Shown: piece by piece, positions 18,187 through 29,479 of the stretch
How positions within the stretch are numbered: the stretch's first letter is position 1
Layout: each line of letters starts with the position of its first letter
Origin: Polynucleobacter necessarius
GTDB lineage: Bacteria; Pseudomonadota; Gammaproteobacteria; Burkholderiales; Burkholderiaceae
Assembly (NCBI RefSeq): GCF_900095195.1
Contig: NZ_LT606950.1
Coordinates: forward strand, 486,164 to 518,163
Length of the DNA stretch: 32,000 nucleotides
Direction: 5' to 3'
Position numbers and translations under genes: made by a program
Notes under the pieces: generated by a model
The model's input: only the letters and a program-made list of their open reading frames with translations
Database searches by the model: none
What the model was told of the DNA's origin: nothing

Positions 18187-19079
18187 TCACAAGCCTTTCA
18201 GGCTCTCTTTAATTAGCGCCATCTGCTCTTGAGTGGCAACTTCTCCCGCTAAGATAGCGGCGTTTCTGGATTTGAAATCGCCGCTGCTCATTTGTTTTAG
18301 CTGTGGCTGAATCACGATATCCGCACTCTTCAATTCGAATTGATTAATACTGCGTTGCATGATGGAGATGGTTTGCTGTAGCACTCCGAAGGTACCACTT
18401 GCATCTTGATGAACAGGCTCAGAAGAAATATTGACAGCGATGACTAAAGTAGCGCCCATCTGTCGCGCATAACTGACTGGTATAGGGGTTACTAAACCAC
18501 CGTCGACATATTCTTTGCCTGCGATGACGGTCGGTTGAAAAACACCGGGCACGCTACATGAGGCTCTTACTGCTTGACCGGTATTGCCTGTACGAAAGAG
18601 TACCCCCTTGCCGGACTGCAATTCAGTAGCAACAATTCCGAGAGGAATGCGCATTTGCTCAATCGTTTTATTTTGTACCTCGCGGTTCACCATATTTTGC
18701 AGTGCGTCGCCCTTAATGAGTCCGCCAAACCGTCCAGCAAAAGGTAGACCCCAGTCTGCAATCGTGGCTTCATCTAAATTGAGAGCAAGACGATTCAGAT
18801 CATTGCCCGTCGCACCCGAGGCGAGGAGGGCAGCGATCACGCTACCTGCACTGCTGCCAACCACATATCGGGGCGAATACCTTGCGCCTCCAGGGCTTTA
18901 ATTACCCCAACATGAGCAAATCCACGAGCGGCCCCCGCCCCTAGGACGAGTCCAACTACCGGTTTTTTGCTTCCGACCAGGCTGCAAGAGCTCAGGCCAC
19001 CAGCGCAAAGGAGGGCGCCAAGGCCCATTAGATTGCGCCGCTGAAGCGAGACTGGGGGTTTTGATGAATTCTTGTGCAT
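18187..19079 (-). pseudogene. Patatin-like phospholipase (RssA-type) lipoprotein, split by a 1-nt frameshift
   Basis: N-terminal ORF 18837..19079 has a lipobox (GGLSSCS) and the oxyanion motif VLGAGAARGFAHVGVIKALEAQGIRPD. The frame is then lost near 18865-18868. The 225-aa ORF continues in another frame with VVGSSAGSVIAALLASG (GxSxG nucleophile) and VDGGL (catalytic Asp). Confidence 0.75.
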
Positions 19080-19268
19080 GTGGCTATTGTATTGAGCCTA
19101 CCTTATAATGGCTCGACGGTGAACGAAAAGGACTTCGTTGCAGCGCAGGCATATTCCATAACTAGAGATGATGAGACGGATTGCCTGTAGTCGCTAGAGA
19201 ACACCAAAACCCATTACGGAAATACATTTTTAATTCTTCTCAGGACTATTCCTGAAAGCCCGACTTTT

Positions 19269-19967
19269 ATGGATGATCACAACAAGCGCGTTATTGAAAC
19301 AGCCCTCCTGTGTGCACAGGAGCCACTTACTGTTGCTGACTTATCCCGTCTGTTTGTTGAAGACATTACAACAGCCGACATCGATGAGGCATTGGTCGAG
19401 TTGCAGCGTGCTTGGGATGATAAAGGGATGGAGCTCGTTCACATTGCAACGGGTTGGCGTTTTCAAAGCCGCCTATCGATGCGGGAATACCTCGATCGGT
19501 TAACCCCAGAAAAGCCACCGAAGTACTCGCGTGCAGTGATGGAAACATTAGCCATCATTGCTTACCGCCAGCCAGTAACGCGTGGTGAGATCGAAGAGAT
19601 CCGTGGTGTTGCTGTGAGTAGTAACGTCATGAAGCAATTAGAAGATCGTGGTTGGGTTGAGGTAATTGGTCATAAAGATACGATTGGTCGTCCCGGTTTG
19701 TATGCCACCACCAAACAGTTTTTAGCTGACCTCAGTTTGACTAACTTGCAAAGCCTCCCCATCTTGGGGGGATGCTGCTCCTATGGCAGCCGCAGAACAG
19801 TTGGGTCAAGCAGTGTTGAATTTGATCCAACGGCTACGGTCGAGACAGTTGTTGTTGAAGGTGTTGAGCAAACCACCACAGAAGAAGTGGCGGTAGAAGT
19901 AATCGAAGAAATCGCTGAGGCAGAAGTAACCCCCGAGTCTGACGGGCAAGCAGACGAAACAAAATAA
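19269..19967 (+). CDS. scpB: Segregation and condensation protein B (ScpB)
   Basis: [17 protein letters not shown]..., [49 protein letters not shown] and an acidic tail. A 16-aa segment after a G6 run looks odd (see findings). Confidence 0.85.
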   Translation: MDDHNKRVIETALLCAQEPLTVADLSRLFVEDITTADIDEALVELQRAWDDKGMELVHIATGWRFQSRLSMREYLDRLTPEKPPKYSRAVMETLAIIAYRQPVTRGEIEEIRGVAVSSNVMKQLEDRGWVEVIGHKDTIGRPGLYATTKQFLADLSLTNLQSLPILGGCCSYGSRRTVGSSSVEFDPTATVETVVVEGVEQTTTEEVAVEVIEEIAEAEVTPESDGQADETK

Positions 19968-19973
19968 CGATTA

Positions 19974-21731
19974 ATGACAAGTTCTAACGAAAACGATTCC
20001 ATTCCAGCAGCACCAGTAGTCACACTGTCTCATACCGATTCCAGTTTTGCCCATGTTGAGGGATCTCAGGGTGGCGGTGAGGGTGGTGAGCGTACGCTCC
20101 GCGAAGATCGTGGGTCGCGTCATCCTCGGCGCGCGGGAACGGGCAAGCACCCCTTTAACAAAAAGCGTCCGTTCAATAAAGATAAGCCACGCCGTGAAGG
20201 TGGCAGTGCGAACGGTCCACGTGAAGGCGGTAATCATTTAGCAAAGCTAGACCCAAATCCTGCAGACGTTGAAGCGTTATTTGCTTCCGTTGTCTCTGGC
20301 GAGTTTGATGCAGCCCTCGATGCCCCAGAAGTATTGGAGATTAAAAATCCTGACGGCTTAAATGAAGCGGAGATCTCGCACCAAACGGGAGCGGAGCGTC
20401 GAGCGCAGCGCGCACAACGCTCTCGTGAAGACGAAGATCCTGATGCGCCGACGGAAGCTGAGATGAGTAGCTTGCAGTTTGCCAACATTGATGAGTTGCC
20501 TCTGAGTTTGCGTGATGAAGTTTGGTCTGATTTAGATGGCCTAGACGATGATGCGGATGATGAAGATACCGTCAAGCTCCATAAAGTATTGGCTGATGCG
20601 GGGATGGGTTCGCGTCGCGATATGGAGGACTTGATTGTCCAAGGTCGTGTGTCTGTTAATGGATTACCAGCGCATATTGGTCAACGCATTGGACCAACTG
20701 ATCAGGTTCGTATTAATGGCAAACCAGCGTATCGCAAGATACAGACAAAACCACCACGTGTGATTTTGTATCACAAGCCGGCCGGTGAAATTGTCAGCCA
20801 ATCCGATCCAGATGGTCGTCCAACGGTGTTTGATCGTTTGCCAAAACCACGTCAAGGTCGATGGATTGCGGTGGGTCGTTTGGACTTTAATACAGAAGGC
20901 TTATTGTTATTCACCACTTCAGGTGAATTAGCAAATCGATTAATGCATCCACGCTATGGTGTTGAGCGTGAGTATGCAGTCCGTATTTTGGGTGAGCTGA
21001 GTCAGGACAACACTGCGCAACTCAAGAGCGGCATCAAACTGGATGATGGGCAAGCACGCTTCTTGCGTTTAGCCATGGGTGGTGGCGATGGTGCAAACCG
21101 TTGGTACCACGTTGCGTTAACTGAAGGCCGCAACCGCGAAGTGCGTCGTATGTTTGAAGCGGTAGGGCATACCGTTTCCCGGTTGATTCGGACACGCTAT
21201 GGTATGTTCATACTACCTCCCCGTTTACGACGCGGTAAGTGGGAAGAGGTTTCTCCAGAGGGCGTAGCAAGTCTGATGAAGTCTGCTGGGTTGAAAGTAC
21301 CCCAGCCTCAAGATAAGAATCGCAATCCCAACGCAAATGGTCAGAATCGACATGCGGCAAGCGGCGATTTCCAGCCTGATCCGATGCAGACTTCTGTTTC
21401 CTATTGGGGTTCGCGCGACGCTCTAACCTTGGCAAGCGGTCATCACGGCATGACGCATCAAGGTAAAAATGGCAAGCCTGGCGGAGGGTCTGGAGATGGG
21501 CGCGGTCCATTCCGCGGTCGTACCCAAGCCGGTAGGCCAGGCCAAGGCGGTGGGCAAGGTGGAAACGGCCAAAATCGTAATAAAGCCAAAAAAGTCCACC
21601 ATGGGCAGTCTGCGTTTGTGGCAGGTAATCCGCAAAGTCCTGGAAATGGGCCTAAGAGAAGTGGTACCAAGGGTCGAAAGCCCTTCAATAAGGGCCCCAG
21701 AAAGCCTCGAAATCCTGGCGAAAGCTTCTGA
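19974..21731 (+). CDS. rluB: 23S rRNA pseudouridine synthase RluB with long low-complexity N- and C-terminal extensions
   Basis: S4 domain ([30 protein letters not shown]). RsuA/RluB catalytic block ([34 protein letters not shown]). About 200 aa of acidic/basic N-terminal tail and about 150 aa of Gly/Arg/Lys-rich C-terminal tail. Confidence 0.9.
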   Translation: MTSSNENDSIPAAPVVTLSHTDSSFAHVEGSQGGGEGGERTLREDRGSRHPRRAGTGKHPFNKKRPFNKDKPRREGGSANGPREGGNHLAKLDPNPADVEALFASVVSGEFDAALDAPEVLEIKNPDGLNEAEISHQTGAERRAQRAQRSREDEDPDAPTEAEMSSLQFANIDELPLSLRDEVWSDLDGLDDDADDEDTVKLHKVLADAGMGSRRDMEDLIVQGRVSVNGLPAHIGQRIGPTDQVRINGKPAYRKIQTKPPRVILYHKPAGEIVSQSDPDGRPTVFDRLPKPRQGRWIAVGRLDFNTEGLLLFTTSGELANRLMHPRYGVEREYAVRILGELSQDNTAQLKSGIKLDDGQARFLRLAMGGGDGANRWYHVALTEGRNREVRRMFEAVGHTVSRLIRTRYGMFILPPRLRRGKWEEVSPEGVASLMKSAGLKVPQPQDKNRNPNANGQNRHAASGDFQPDPMQTSVSYWGSRDALTLASGHHGMTHQGKNGKPGGGSGDGRGPFRGRTQAGRPGQGGGQGGNGQNRNKAKKVHHGQSAFVAGNPQSPGNGPKRSGTKGRKPFNKGPRKPRNPGESF

Positions 21732-21759
21732 TTTCTATCAGTTTTCTCTAAAAATCCGC

Positions 21760-21898
21760 TATAATTTACGTCTTGCAACACAAACCTGTTGCAAGTGTTG
21801 TTACCGACTGATGTTGCGATCAACGTAAGTCGGCCTGTTCTGAATTTCGAGAATATGGGCTTTGAAGCCCATTTTTTTTTGCCGTTTTAGATTGAAGG
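21760..21898 (+). promoter_or_regulatory. Candidate promoter plus structured leader (or small RNA) upstream of rimP-nusA-infB
   Basis: Consensus -10 TATAAT at 21760-21765, with no good -35. Hairpin 1: CTTGCAACA (21772-21780) / TGTTGCAAG (21787-21795). Hairpin 2: interrupted 12-bp stem, 21804-21833. Then the intrinsic terminator at 21855-21880, only about 20 nt before the rimP start. Confidence 0.45.
21855..21880 (+). terminator. Rho-independent terminator between rluB and rimP
   Basis: ATGGGCT (21855-21861), loop TTGA, AGCCCAT (21866-21872), followed by a T-run to 21880. Confidence 0.8.
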
Positions 21899-22396
21899 GT
21901 GGTTGTGAGGGATCAGAAGATCATTGCTGCAGAGTTGGAAAACTTAGGCTACACGCTAGTAGATATTGAGCGTGAAGCTGGGGGGTTGCTGCGCGTCACA
22001 ATTGAGAACCCAGATTATGAGCGTTTGATTACGGTGTCAGACTGCGAAAAGATAAGCCATCAATTGAGCTACACCTTGCCTGTAGAAAACATCCCGTATG
22101 AGCGCTTGGAGATCTCCTCCCCGGGGTTGGATCGTCCCATTAAAACGGCGATGGATTTTGAACGCTTCGCTGGTATGGAGGTGGATCTGAAATTGCGTGT
22201 TGCTGTTGGTAACCGTAAAAATTTTCGTGGTGTGTTGCAAGGTTTGCTGAGTGGTGGAGTGGATTCACCCGATGCGAAATTTGGTTTGGTGTTCGAGGCG
22301 GCGGATGGTCAGCCGTCTCAATTGGAGTTTTCTTTAGCCGAGGTCGATAAGACTCGGTTGGTCCCTGTTATTGATTTCAAAGGAAGAAAGTCATGA
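21899..22396 (+). CDS. rimP: Ribosome maturation factor RimP
   Basis: [24 protein letters not shown]... and [13 protein letters not shown] are typical RimP blocks. It sits directly upstream of nusA with an ATGA overlap. The start is GTG at 21899 or GTG at 21905, after GAAGGG. Confidence 0.9.
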   Translation: MVVRDQKIIAAELENLGYTLVDIEREAGGLLRVTIENPDYERLITVSDCEKISHQLSYTLPVENIPYERLEISSPGLDRPIKTAMDFERFAGMEVDLKLRVAVGNRKNFRGVLQGLLSGGVDSPDAKFGLVFEAADGQPSQLEFSLAEVDKTRLVPVIDFKGRKS

Positions 22397-23874
22397 GCCG
22401 AGAAGTTCTCATGTTGGCAGACGCGTTAGCGCGTGAAAAGAACGTTGATCGTGAAATTGTGTTCGAGGCGCTTGAAATGGCGCTGGCATCGGCCACGAAG
22501 AAGCGTTATGCAACCGAAGACGTGGATATTCGGGTATCGATCGATCGTGATTCGGGTGAATACGAAACCTTCCGCCGTTGGTTGGTGGTGCCGGATGAAG
22601 CGGGCCTCCAAGAGCCGGATAAAGAGATTTTGCAATTTGAGGCAAAAGAGCAACTGTCGGACATCGAAGTCGGGGATTACATCGAAGAACAAATCGAATC
22701 ATTGGCATTTGGACGTATTGGCGCACAAGCAGCGAAGCAAGTGATCTTGCAACGTATTCGCGATGCTGAGCGTGAGCAAATCTTGAACGATTATCTTGAG
22801 CGTGGCGAAAAAGTTATGACTGGTACAGTCAAACGCGCCGATAAGAATAGTTTGATTATTGAATCTGGACGCGTGGAAGCATTATTGCGTCGCGATCAAA
22901 TGATTCCAAAAGAGAACTTGCGTTCAGGCGATCGTGTACGTGCCTATATTTTGAAAGTAGATCGTGAAGCTCGCGGCCCACAAATCGAACTGTCCCGCAC
23001 TTGCCCAGAATTTTTAATCAAGTTGTTTGAGAATGAAGTTCCAGAGATGGAGCAGGGTTTGCTGGAGATCAAGGGTGCTGCTCGTGATCCTGGTATTCGC
23101 GCAAAAATTGCCGTGATTACTTACGACAAGCGTATTGACCCAATTGGTACTTGTGTTGGCGTTCGCGGTACACGCGTTACAGCAGTGCGTAACGAAGTAG
23201 CTGGCGAGGCAGTCGACATCGTATTGTGGTCTGAAGATCCAGCGCAATTTGTAATTGGTGCATTAGCTCCTGCACAGGTTTCCTCTATCATCATTGATGA
23301 GGAGCGCCATGCTATGGATGTGGTGGTTGATGAAGAAAGCTTGGCGATTGCCATTGGCCGCAGTGGACAAAACGTCCGTTTGGCAAGTGATTTGACCGGC
23401 TGGCAAATTAACATCATGACTCCAGAAGAGTCTGCTGAGAAAACCGAAAAAGAGGCTTCCTCCGTGCGTCAATTGTTCATGGATAAATTGGACGTTGACC
23501 AAGAAGTTGCCGATATCTTGATTGAAGAAGGCTTCAATACATTGGAAGAAGTGGCCTATGTGCCTTTGTCTGAAATGTTGGGGATTGATTCATTTGATGA
23601 AGACATCGTTAACGAATTACGCACTCGTGCTCGTGATTCCTTGTTGACGATGGAATTGGCAAAAGAAGAGCGCATTGGTGAAGTATCACAAGATTTGCGT
23701 TCACTCGAGGGCATGACTACCGAGTTAATTGCGAAGCTTGCTGAAAATCAAGTGCATACCCGTGACGACCTTGCTGAACTGGCTGTTGATGAGCTGGTTG
23801 AGGCGACACAAATTGACGAAGAAACTGCGAAAACGCTCATCATGAAAGCGCGCAAACATTGGTTTACTTCATGA
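22393..23874 (+). CDS. nusA: Transcription termination/antitermination factor NusA
   Basis: 493 aa. N-terminal domain ([28 protein letters not shown]), S1 and KH1/KH2 domains ([22 protein letters not shown]), and C-terminal acidic repeats. Confidence 0.97.
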   Translation: MSREVLMLADALAREKNVDREIVFEALEMALASATKKRYATEDVDIRVSIDRDSGEYETFRRWLVVPDEAGLQEPDKEILQFEAKEQLSDIEVGDYIEEQIESLAFGRIGAQAAKQVILQRIRDAEREQILNDYLERGEKVMTGTVKRADKNSLIIESGRVEALLRRDQMIPKENLRSGDRVRAYILKVDREARGPQIELSRTCPEFLIKLFENEVPEMEQGLLEIKGAARDPGIRAKIAVITYDKRIDPIGTCVGVRGTRVTAVRNEVAGEAVDIVLWSEDPAQFVIGALAPAQVSSIIIDEERHAMDVVVDEESLAIAIGRSGQNVRLASDLTGWQINIMTPEESAEKTEKEASSVRQLFMDKLDVDQEVADILIEEGFNTLEEVAYVPLSEMLGIDSFDEDIVNELRTRARDSLLTMELAKEERIGEVSQDLRSLEGMTTELIAKLAENQVHTRDDLAELAVDELVEATQIDEETAKTLIMKARKHWFTS

Positions 23875-23887
23875 GAGGAAGTAGTAC

Positions 23888-26641
23888 ATGGTAACAACAA
23901 CTGTAAAAGTACTCGCTAAGGAACTAAAAAGAACCGCAGCTGACCTCTTGGAGCAATTAAATGCAGCAGGGATCGAAAAAGGTTCTGAGGATGAGAGCAT
24001 TACTGATAAGGACAAAACAGTCCTGCTTGAGTATTTACAAAAAGCACGTGGCAACGCTGAGGCTGGCGCTCGCAAAAAGATTACTTTAATCAAGCGTGAG
24101 AGCTCGGAGATTCGCCAAGCGGACTCTACTGGACGTACGCGCACTGTTCAAGTGGAAGTGCGTAAAAAGCGCGTGCTGGTAAAAGCGGGAGATAAGTCAC
24201 CTGAGGCTGCTGTCAATACTCCTGCTGCAACCATGCCTGCTGCACCTGCTAAACCCATTCTGTCTGAAGAAGAGTTAGAAAAACGCACTGCTGAAGCAAC
24301 ACGTCAGGCTGAACTCTTGGCGCGCCAAGAAGCGGAAATGAAAGTCGCTGAAGACGCACGTCAGAAGGAAGTAGTTGCGCCAGCAGAGAATGAAGCGAAG
24401 CAGGCTGATGAGGCCCCTGATGCGGTTGCAGCTGCAGCTGAGAAAAAAGCCAAAGCGGATAAAGCGGCAAAAGAGCTCGTTGCTGCCAAAGAGAAAGAAT
24501 TAGCCGATTTGCGTGCGCGTCGCGCTGCTGCTGAAGCAGAGGCATTAGCGATTCGCGACATGATGAGTGCTCCAGCGCGAGTACTTAAGGCGCCAAGCGG
24601 AGTGGCTGCAGAAGAGGCGAAAAAGGGAACCTTGCATAAGCCAACCAAGGCGGAGGGTTCGGAAGATAAGAAGAGGCCAGCAAAAGTTGGCGGTAAGACA
24701 ATTAAATCTTCCGAAACATCGTCTACATGGCAAAAAGATGGCATTAAGAAGTCTGGCGGCCTGAAGACCCGTGGCGATACCTCTGGTGGTGTTGGCGGTT
24801 GGCGAACAGGTGGTGGACGTAAAAAACAACGTCAAGTTGCTGAAGCGAATATTGATACAAACTTCCAAGTGCCGACGGAGCCAATTGTTCGCGATGTGCA
24901 TGTACCGGAGACGATTACTGTTGCTGAGCTTGCACACTCTATGGCGGTGAAAAGCGCTGAAGTCATTAAGTTGTTGATGGGCATGGGCCAAATGGTTACC
25001 ATCAACCAAGTGCTTGATCAAGATACTGCGATGATCATCGTTGAAGAGATGGGCCATCGTGCCCATGCTGCCAAACTGGATGATCCTGATTTAGATTTAG
25101 CAGCCGATGGTCATGATGCAGAGTTATTGCCTCGTCCACCCGTCGTCACCGTGATGGGCCACGTCGACCATGGTAAGACTTCGTTGCTCGATAAGATTCG
25201 TGTCGCTAAAGTGGCATCTGGTGAGGCTGGTGGCATTACTCAGCATATCGGCGCATATCACGTAGAAACACCGCGTGGCATGATTACATTCTTAGATACC
25301 CCTGGTCACGAGGCCTTTACGGCAATGCGTGCGCGTGGTGCTAAGGCAACTGATATTGTGATCTTGGTTGTTGCAGCAGATGACGGCGTGATGCCGCAAA
25401 CCAAAGAAGCGATTCACCATGCGATTGCGGGTGGCGTACCTTTGGTTGTGGCAATCAACAAAATCGATAAGCCTGAAGCAAACTCAGAGCTGGTCAAGAC
25501 CGAATTGGTTGCTGAGCAAGTGGTGCCAGAAGAATACGGTGGCGATGTGCCTTTTATTCCGGTCTCCGCAAAGACTGGCGAAGGCATTGATGCGTTACTC
25601 GAGAACGTACTCTTGCAAGCGGAAATCTTAGAGCTCAAAGCTCCGCAAGAGGCGCCTGCTCAAGGATTGGTAATCGAAGCCCGTTTGGATAAAGGTAAGG
25701 GTGCGGTTGCTACCGTTCTCGTCCAATCGGGAACTCTGAAACGTGGCGACATGCTCTTGGCTGGCTCAACCTTTGGCCGTGTTCGTGCGATGTTGGACGA
25801 AAACGGTAAGCCATGTAATGAAGCTGGACCATCAATTCCGGTTGAGATTCAAGGTTTGGCAGGGGTGCCCGCTGCTGGCGAGTCTGTGCAAGTAGTAGCC
25901 GACGAGCGTAAAGCGCGCGAGATTGCACTATTCCGTCAAGGCAAGTTCCACGACGTGAAGTTGGCTAAGCAACAGGCTGTCAAACTGGAAACCATGATGG
26001 AAAACATGGGTGAGGGTGCGATTGAAGCCAAGTTATTGCCATTGATCATTAAGGCGGACGTACAAGGCTCTCAGGAAGCATTGTCACAATCGCTGTTGAA
26101 GCTTTCGACACCCGAGGTGAAGGTGCAAATCGTTCATGCTGCTGTTGGCGGTATTACCGAAACTGATGTCAATTTAGCAGTCGCTTCGAAAGCCGTCATT
26201 ATTGGCTTTAACTCCCATGCGGATGCTGCAGCACGCAAGCTAGCAGAGAACAATGGAGTGGATATTCGTTATCACAACATTATTTATGATGCTGTTGATG
26301 AAGTGAAGCTTGCATTAAGTGGCATGTTGACTCCAGATAAGAAAGAAGAGATCACTGGCTTGGTGGAAATTCGTCAAGTCTTCTTGGTTTCTAAGGTTGG
26401 TGCAATTGCGGGTTGCTTGGTCGTTGACGGTATCGTGAAACGCACCTCAAGCGTTCGCCTCTTGCGTGACAACGTGGTGATCTGGTCCGGTGAGCTCGAT
26501 TCGCTTAAACGCTTTAAAGACGACGCAAAAGAAGTTCGTGCCGGCGTTGAATGTGGCTTGTCATTAAAAGGCTACAACGACATTAAAGAAGGTGATCAAC
26601 TCGAAGTGTTCGAAGTAACGGAAGTTGCTCGTTCTCTTTAA
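23888..26641 (+). CDS. infB: Translation initiation factor IF-2
   Basis: 917 aa. Ala/Lys/Glu-rich N-terminal region. G-domain motifs [24 protein letters not shown] and NKIDK. C-terminal domains intact. GAGGAAG Shine-Dalgarno. Confidence 0.97.
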   Translation: MVTTTVKVLAKELKRTAADLLEQLNAAGIEKGSEDESITDKDKTVLLEYLQKARGNAEAGARKKITLIKRESSEIRQADSTGRTRTVQVEVRKKRVLVKAGDKSPEAAVNTPAATMPAAPAKPILSEEELEKRTAEATRQAELLARQEAEMKVAEDARQKEVVAPAENEAKQADEAPDAVAAAAEKKAKADKAAKELVAAKEKELADLRARRAAAEAEALAIRDMMSAPARVLKAPSGVAAEEAKKGTLHKPTKAEGSEDKKRPAKVGGKTIKSSETSSTWQKDGIKKSGGLKTRGDTSGGVGGWRTGGGRKKQRQVAEANIDTNFQVPTEPIVRDVHVPETITVAELAHSMAVKSAEVIKLLMGMGQMVTINQVLDQDTAMIIVEEMGHRAHAAKLDDPDLDLAADGHDAELLPRPPVVTVMGHVDHGKTSLLDKIRVAKVASGEAGGITQHIGAYHVETPRGMITFLDTPGHEAFTAMRARGAKATDIVILVVAADDGVMPQTKEAIHHAIAGGVPLVVAINKIDKPEANSELVKTELVAEQVVPEEYGGDVPFIPVSAKTGEGIDALLENVLLQAEILELKAPQEAPAQGLVIEARLDKGKGAVATVLVQSGTLKRGDMLLAGSTFGRVRAMLDENGKPCNEAGPSIPVEIQGLAGVPAAGESVQVVADERKAREIALFRQGKFHDVKLAKQQAVKLETMMENMGEGAIEAKLLPLIIKADVQGSQEALSQSLLKLSTPEVKVQIVHAAVGGITETDVNLAVASKAVIIGFNSHADAAARKLAENNGVDIRYHNIIYDAVDEVKLALSGMLTPDKKEEITGLVEIRQVFLVSKVGAIAGCLVVDGIVKRTSSVRLLRDNVVIWSGELDSLKRFKDDAKEVRAGVECGLSLKGYNDIKEGDQLEVFEVTEVARSL

Positions 26642-26651
26642 TAGACTAACC

Positions 26652-27017
26652 ATGCATAAATCCAGTCCGCATCGTAACCAGCGTCTTGCTGATCAAATTC
26701 AGCGAGACCTGGCCGAGCTCATTCCGCGTGAGTTACGTAGCCCGAGTTTGGGCTTGATTACGTTGCAAAGTATTGAGCTCTCTCCAGACTTAGCTCATGC
26801 AAAAGTATTTTTTACGGTATTGGGCGCAGAGCCTGAGCAAGCACAAAAAGCGCTGCAAGAAAAAGCAGGCTACCTACATTCCTTGTTGTTTAAGCGTTTG
26901 CATATTCATGCTGTACCAACCCTACATTTTCACTATGACAACTCGGTAGAGCATGGCATAGAGATGTCTCGATTGATTGATCAAGCGCTGGAGAGCGATC
27001 AATCAGAGAAAAAATAA
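26652..27017 (+). CDS. rbfA: Ribosome-binding factor A
   Basis: [17 protein letters not shown]...[13 protein letters not shown]...[11 protein letters not shown] is typical RbfA. I prefer the ATG at 26652 to the ORF-track start that overlaps infB. Confidence 0.9.
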   Translation: MHKSSPHRNQRLADQIQRDLAELIPRELRSPSLGLITLQSIELSPDLAHAKVFFTVLGAEPEQAQKALQEKAGYLHSLLFKRLHIHAVPTLHFHYDNSVEHGIEMSRLIDQALESDQSEKK

Positions 27018-27020
27018 TTC

Positions 27021-27530
27021 ATGTCCACACGTATCGACGGAGTAGTGTTGCTGGATAAGCCTGCCGGGATGAGTTCTCAAGGTGCGGTAACGGCGGTTAA
27101 GCGCGCATTTAACGCAGAGAAGGCCGGGGTAGCGCAAGTTAAGTTTGGTTCTCGTACCGATACTGGCGATGCTGAAGGCAACGTCATTGAAGAGTTACCG
27201 TTGCCATTTTTTGAAAATGAATCAGCACTGCAAACTGCACTAGATGCAGTACTTTCCAAATTTTCAGGTGCCATTACACAAGTGCCGCCAATGTATTCGG
27301 CGTTAGAGCGCGATGGTAAGCCTCTGTATGAATACGCTAGAGCGGGTGTGGAATTAGAGCGCACCCCTCGTGAGATCACTTTTCATAAAATTCGTTGGAC
27401 TAATGTCCGGTGTCCGCAAGCTACCCTAGAGGTAAGCTGCAGTAAAAGTACGTATATTCGGGTTTTGGCTGAGGATATTGGCAATACTGGGGTATTGCAC
27501 CCAAAGAGACTAATCTCGCAGCCTCATTAG
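27021..27530 (+). pseudogene. truB: tRNA pseudouridine-55 synthase TruB, degraded (catalytic motif deleted, 3' end missing)
   Basis: 169-aa ORF against roughly 300+ aa for TruB. GVVLLDKPAGMSSQ...FNAEKAG jumps directly to VAQVKFGSRTDTGDAEGNVIEE. The block HTG(T/A)LDP...GEATKF...Y that carries the catalytic Asp (about 35 aa in E. coli TruB as I recall it) is absent, with the junction near 27128/27129. After SKSTYIRVLAEDIG the sequence diverges and stops. Only about 50 nt remain before typA. Confidence 0.8.
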
Positions 27531-27579
27531 GCACTCATGAATTCATCTTTTTATTTATCTTTAACTGTAGAAGCTTCAA

Positions 27580-29397
27580 ATGACTAAATGCGCACTTCGT
27601 AATATCGCCATCATCGCTCACGTTGACCATGGCAAAACTACTCTCGTTGACCAACTTTTGCGTCAATCCGGTACCTTCCGCTCCAATGAGAAAGTAGCTG
27701 AACGTGTGATGGATTCAAGCGATCTTGAAAAAGAGCGTGGTATCACCATTTTGTCTAAAAACTGCTCGGTGGAATATGACGGTACTCATATCAATATCAT
27801 TGATACGCCAGGACACGCGGACTTCGGCGGCGAAGTAGAGCGTGTTCTATCGATGGTCGATGGTGTTTTACTGCTTGTGGATGCGGTTGAAGGCCCTATG
27901 CCACAAACCCGATTTGTAACTAAGAAAGCCTTGGCCTTAGGGCTAAAGCCAATCGTGGTGATCAATAAGGTAGACCGTTCTGGTGCACGTACAGATTACG
28001 TTATCAATGCGACATTTGAGTTATTTGATAAGTTAGGCGCTACGGAAGAGCAGTTAGATTTCCCGGTTGTGTATGCATCGGGTTTGAACGGTTATGCGGG
28101 CTTAACAGATGATGTGCGTGAAGGCGATATGCGTCCATTATTTGATGCAGTGCTGAAGCATGTTCCAGTGCGCGACGACAATCCAGATGGTCCATTGCAG
28201 TTGCAAATTACCTCGATTGAATACAGCACCTATGTTGGCAAGATCGGTGTAGGCCGCGTCAATCGCGGTACGGTCAAGCCTGGCATGGATGTGGTCTTTA
28301 TGGATGGCCCCGAAGATCAGCAGCGCAAAGGACGCATTAACCAAGTATTAAAGTTCCGCGGCTTAGAGCGTGAGTTGGTTGATGAAGCGCAAGCGGGCGA
28401 CATCGTGTTGGTCAACGGTATTGAGGATTTGGCGATTGGTACCACCATCTGCGCCCCTGATGTTCCAGAGGCGTTGCCAATGCTCAAAATTGATGAGCCA
28501 ACCCTCACCATGAACTTTATGGTTAATACCAGCCCCTTGGCTGGTCGTGAAGGTAAGTTTGTGACGAGCCGTCAGATTCGTGAGCGCTTAGACCGCGAAC
28601 TCAAATCCAATATGGCCTTGCGTGTGAAGGATACAGACGATGACACTGTATTTGAAGTATCTGGTCGCGGTGAATTGCACCTCACCATCCTGGTAGAAAC
28701 CATGCGTCGCGAGGGTTACGAGCTCGCGGTTTCGCGTCCACGCGTAGTGTTCCATGAAGAGAATGGCGTGAAGATGGAGCCATACGAGAACTTAACAGTT
28801 GACGTCGAAGATACTACCCAAGGTGCAGTGATGGAAGACTTGGGTAAGCGCAAAGGCGAGTTGCTCGATATGGTCAGTGACGGTAAGGGCCGTACCCGTC
28901 TCGAATATCGCATACCAGCGCGTGGTTTGATCGGTTTCCAAGGCGATTTCATGACCATGACACGTGGCAACGGTTTGGTGAGTCACACGTTTGATTCCTA
29001 TGCGCCAGCAAAAGAAGGTATTTTGGGCGAGCGTCACAATGGTGTATTGATCAGTCAGGATGATGGTGATGCGGTTGCATATGCATTATGGAAGTTGCAA
29101 GATCGTGGTCGTATGTTTGTGAGTCCTGGAGATCCCTTATATGAGGGCATGGTGATCGGTATTCATAGTCGTGACAACGATTTGGTGGTAAATCCTATTA
29201 AAGGTAAACAGCTTACTAACGTGCGCGCATCGGGTACCGATGAAGCTGTGCGCCTAGTGCCGCCTATCGCTCTCAATCTTGAATACGCTGTAGAGTTCAT
29301 TGACGATGATGAGTTAGTTGAAGTAACGCCGAAGAGCATTCGTATTCGCAAGCGTTACCTTAAGGAGCATGAGCGTAAAAAAGCCTCGCGCGAATAA
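27580..29397 (+). CDS. typA: Translational GTPase TypA/BipA
   Basis: [41 protein letters not shown]. 605 aa, collinear with BipA. Confidence 0.95.
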   Translation: MTKCALRNIAIIAHVDHGKTTLVDQLLRQSGTFRSNEKVAERVMDSSDLEKERGITILSKNCSVEYDGTHINIIDTPGHADFGGEVERVLSMVDGVLLLVDAVEGPMPQTRFVTKKALALGLKPIVVINKVDRSGARTDYVINATFELFDKLGATEEQLDFPVVYASGLNGYAGLTDDVREGDMRPLFDAVLKHVPVRDDNPDGPLQLQITSIEYSTYVGKIGVGRVNRGTVKPGMDVVFMDGPEDQQRKGRINQVLKFRGLERELVDEAQAGDIVLVNGIEDLAIGTTICAPDVPEALPMLKIDEPTLTMNFMVNTSPLAGREGKFVTSRQIRERLDRELKSNMALRVKDTDDDTVFEVSGRGELHLTILVETMRREGYELAVSRPRVVFHEENGVKMEPYENLTVDVEDTTQGAVMEDLGKRKGELLDMVSDGKGRTRLEYRIPARGLIGFQGDFMTMTRGNGLVSHTFDSYAPAKEGILGERHNGVLISQDDGDAVAYALWKLQDRGRMFVSPGDPLYEGMVIGIHSRDNDLVVNPIKGKQLTNVRASGTDEAVRLVPPIALNLEYAVEFIDDDELVEVTPKSIRIRKRYLKEHERKKASRE

Positions 29398-29416
29398 GCA
29401 ATCTCAGTATCACTAC

Positions 29417-29447
29417 AAAAGTCACCTGCGGGTGGCTTTTGTTCTTC
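29417..29447 (+). terminator. Rho-independent terminator downstream of typA
   Basis: AAAAGTCACC (29417-29426), loop TGCG, GGTGGCTTTT (29431-29440). 10 bp with one G-U pair, then TTTTGTT. Confidence 0.75.
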
Positions 29448-29479
29448 ATTGTTTTCAAGATTCTAAAAATTCTAAATAC

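Noticed and set aside
19080-19268. Possible small RNA or regulatory element in the patatin/scpB divergent spacer (TATAAT-like box near 19103, hairpin AACGAA..TTCGTT)
   Set aside because: The hairpin has a 6-bp stem with no U-tract on either strand, and there is no matching -35. This is insufficient evidence.
21423-21828. Overlapping ORFs on both strands across the rluB 3' tail (121 aa minus, 119 aa plus, 70 aa and 100 aa minus)
   Set aside because: They are products of the Gly/Pro/Arg-rich low-complexity coding of the RluB tail, which keeps several frames open. The RluB frame is continuous with the catalytic domain.
24249-25066. Antisense ORFs inside infB (98, 127 and 173 aa)
   Set aside because: They lie opposite the Ala/Lys/Glu-rich N-terminal region of IF-2, where codon bias suppresses stops on the other strand. 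No independent support.
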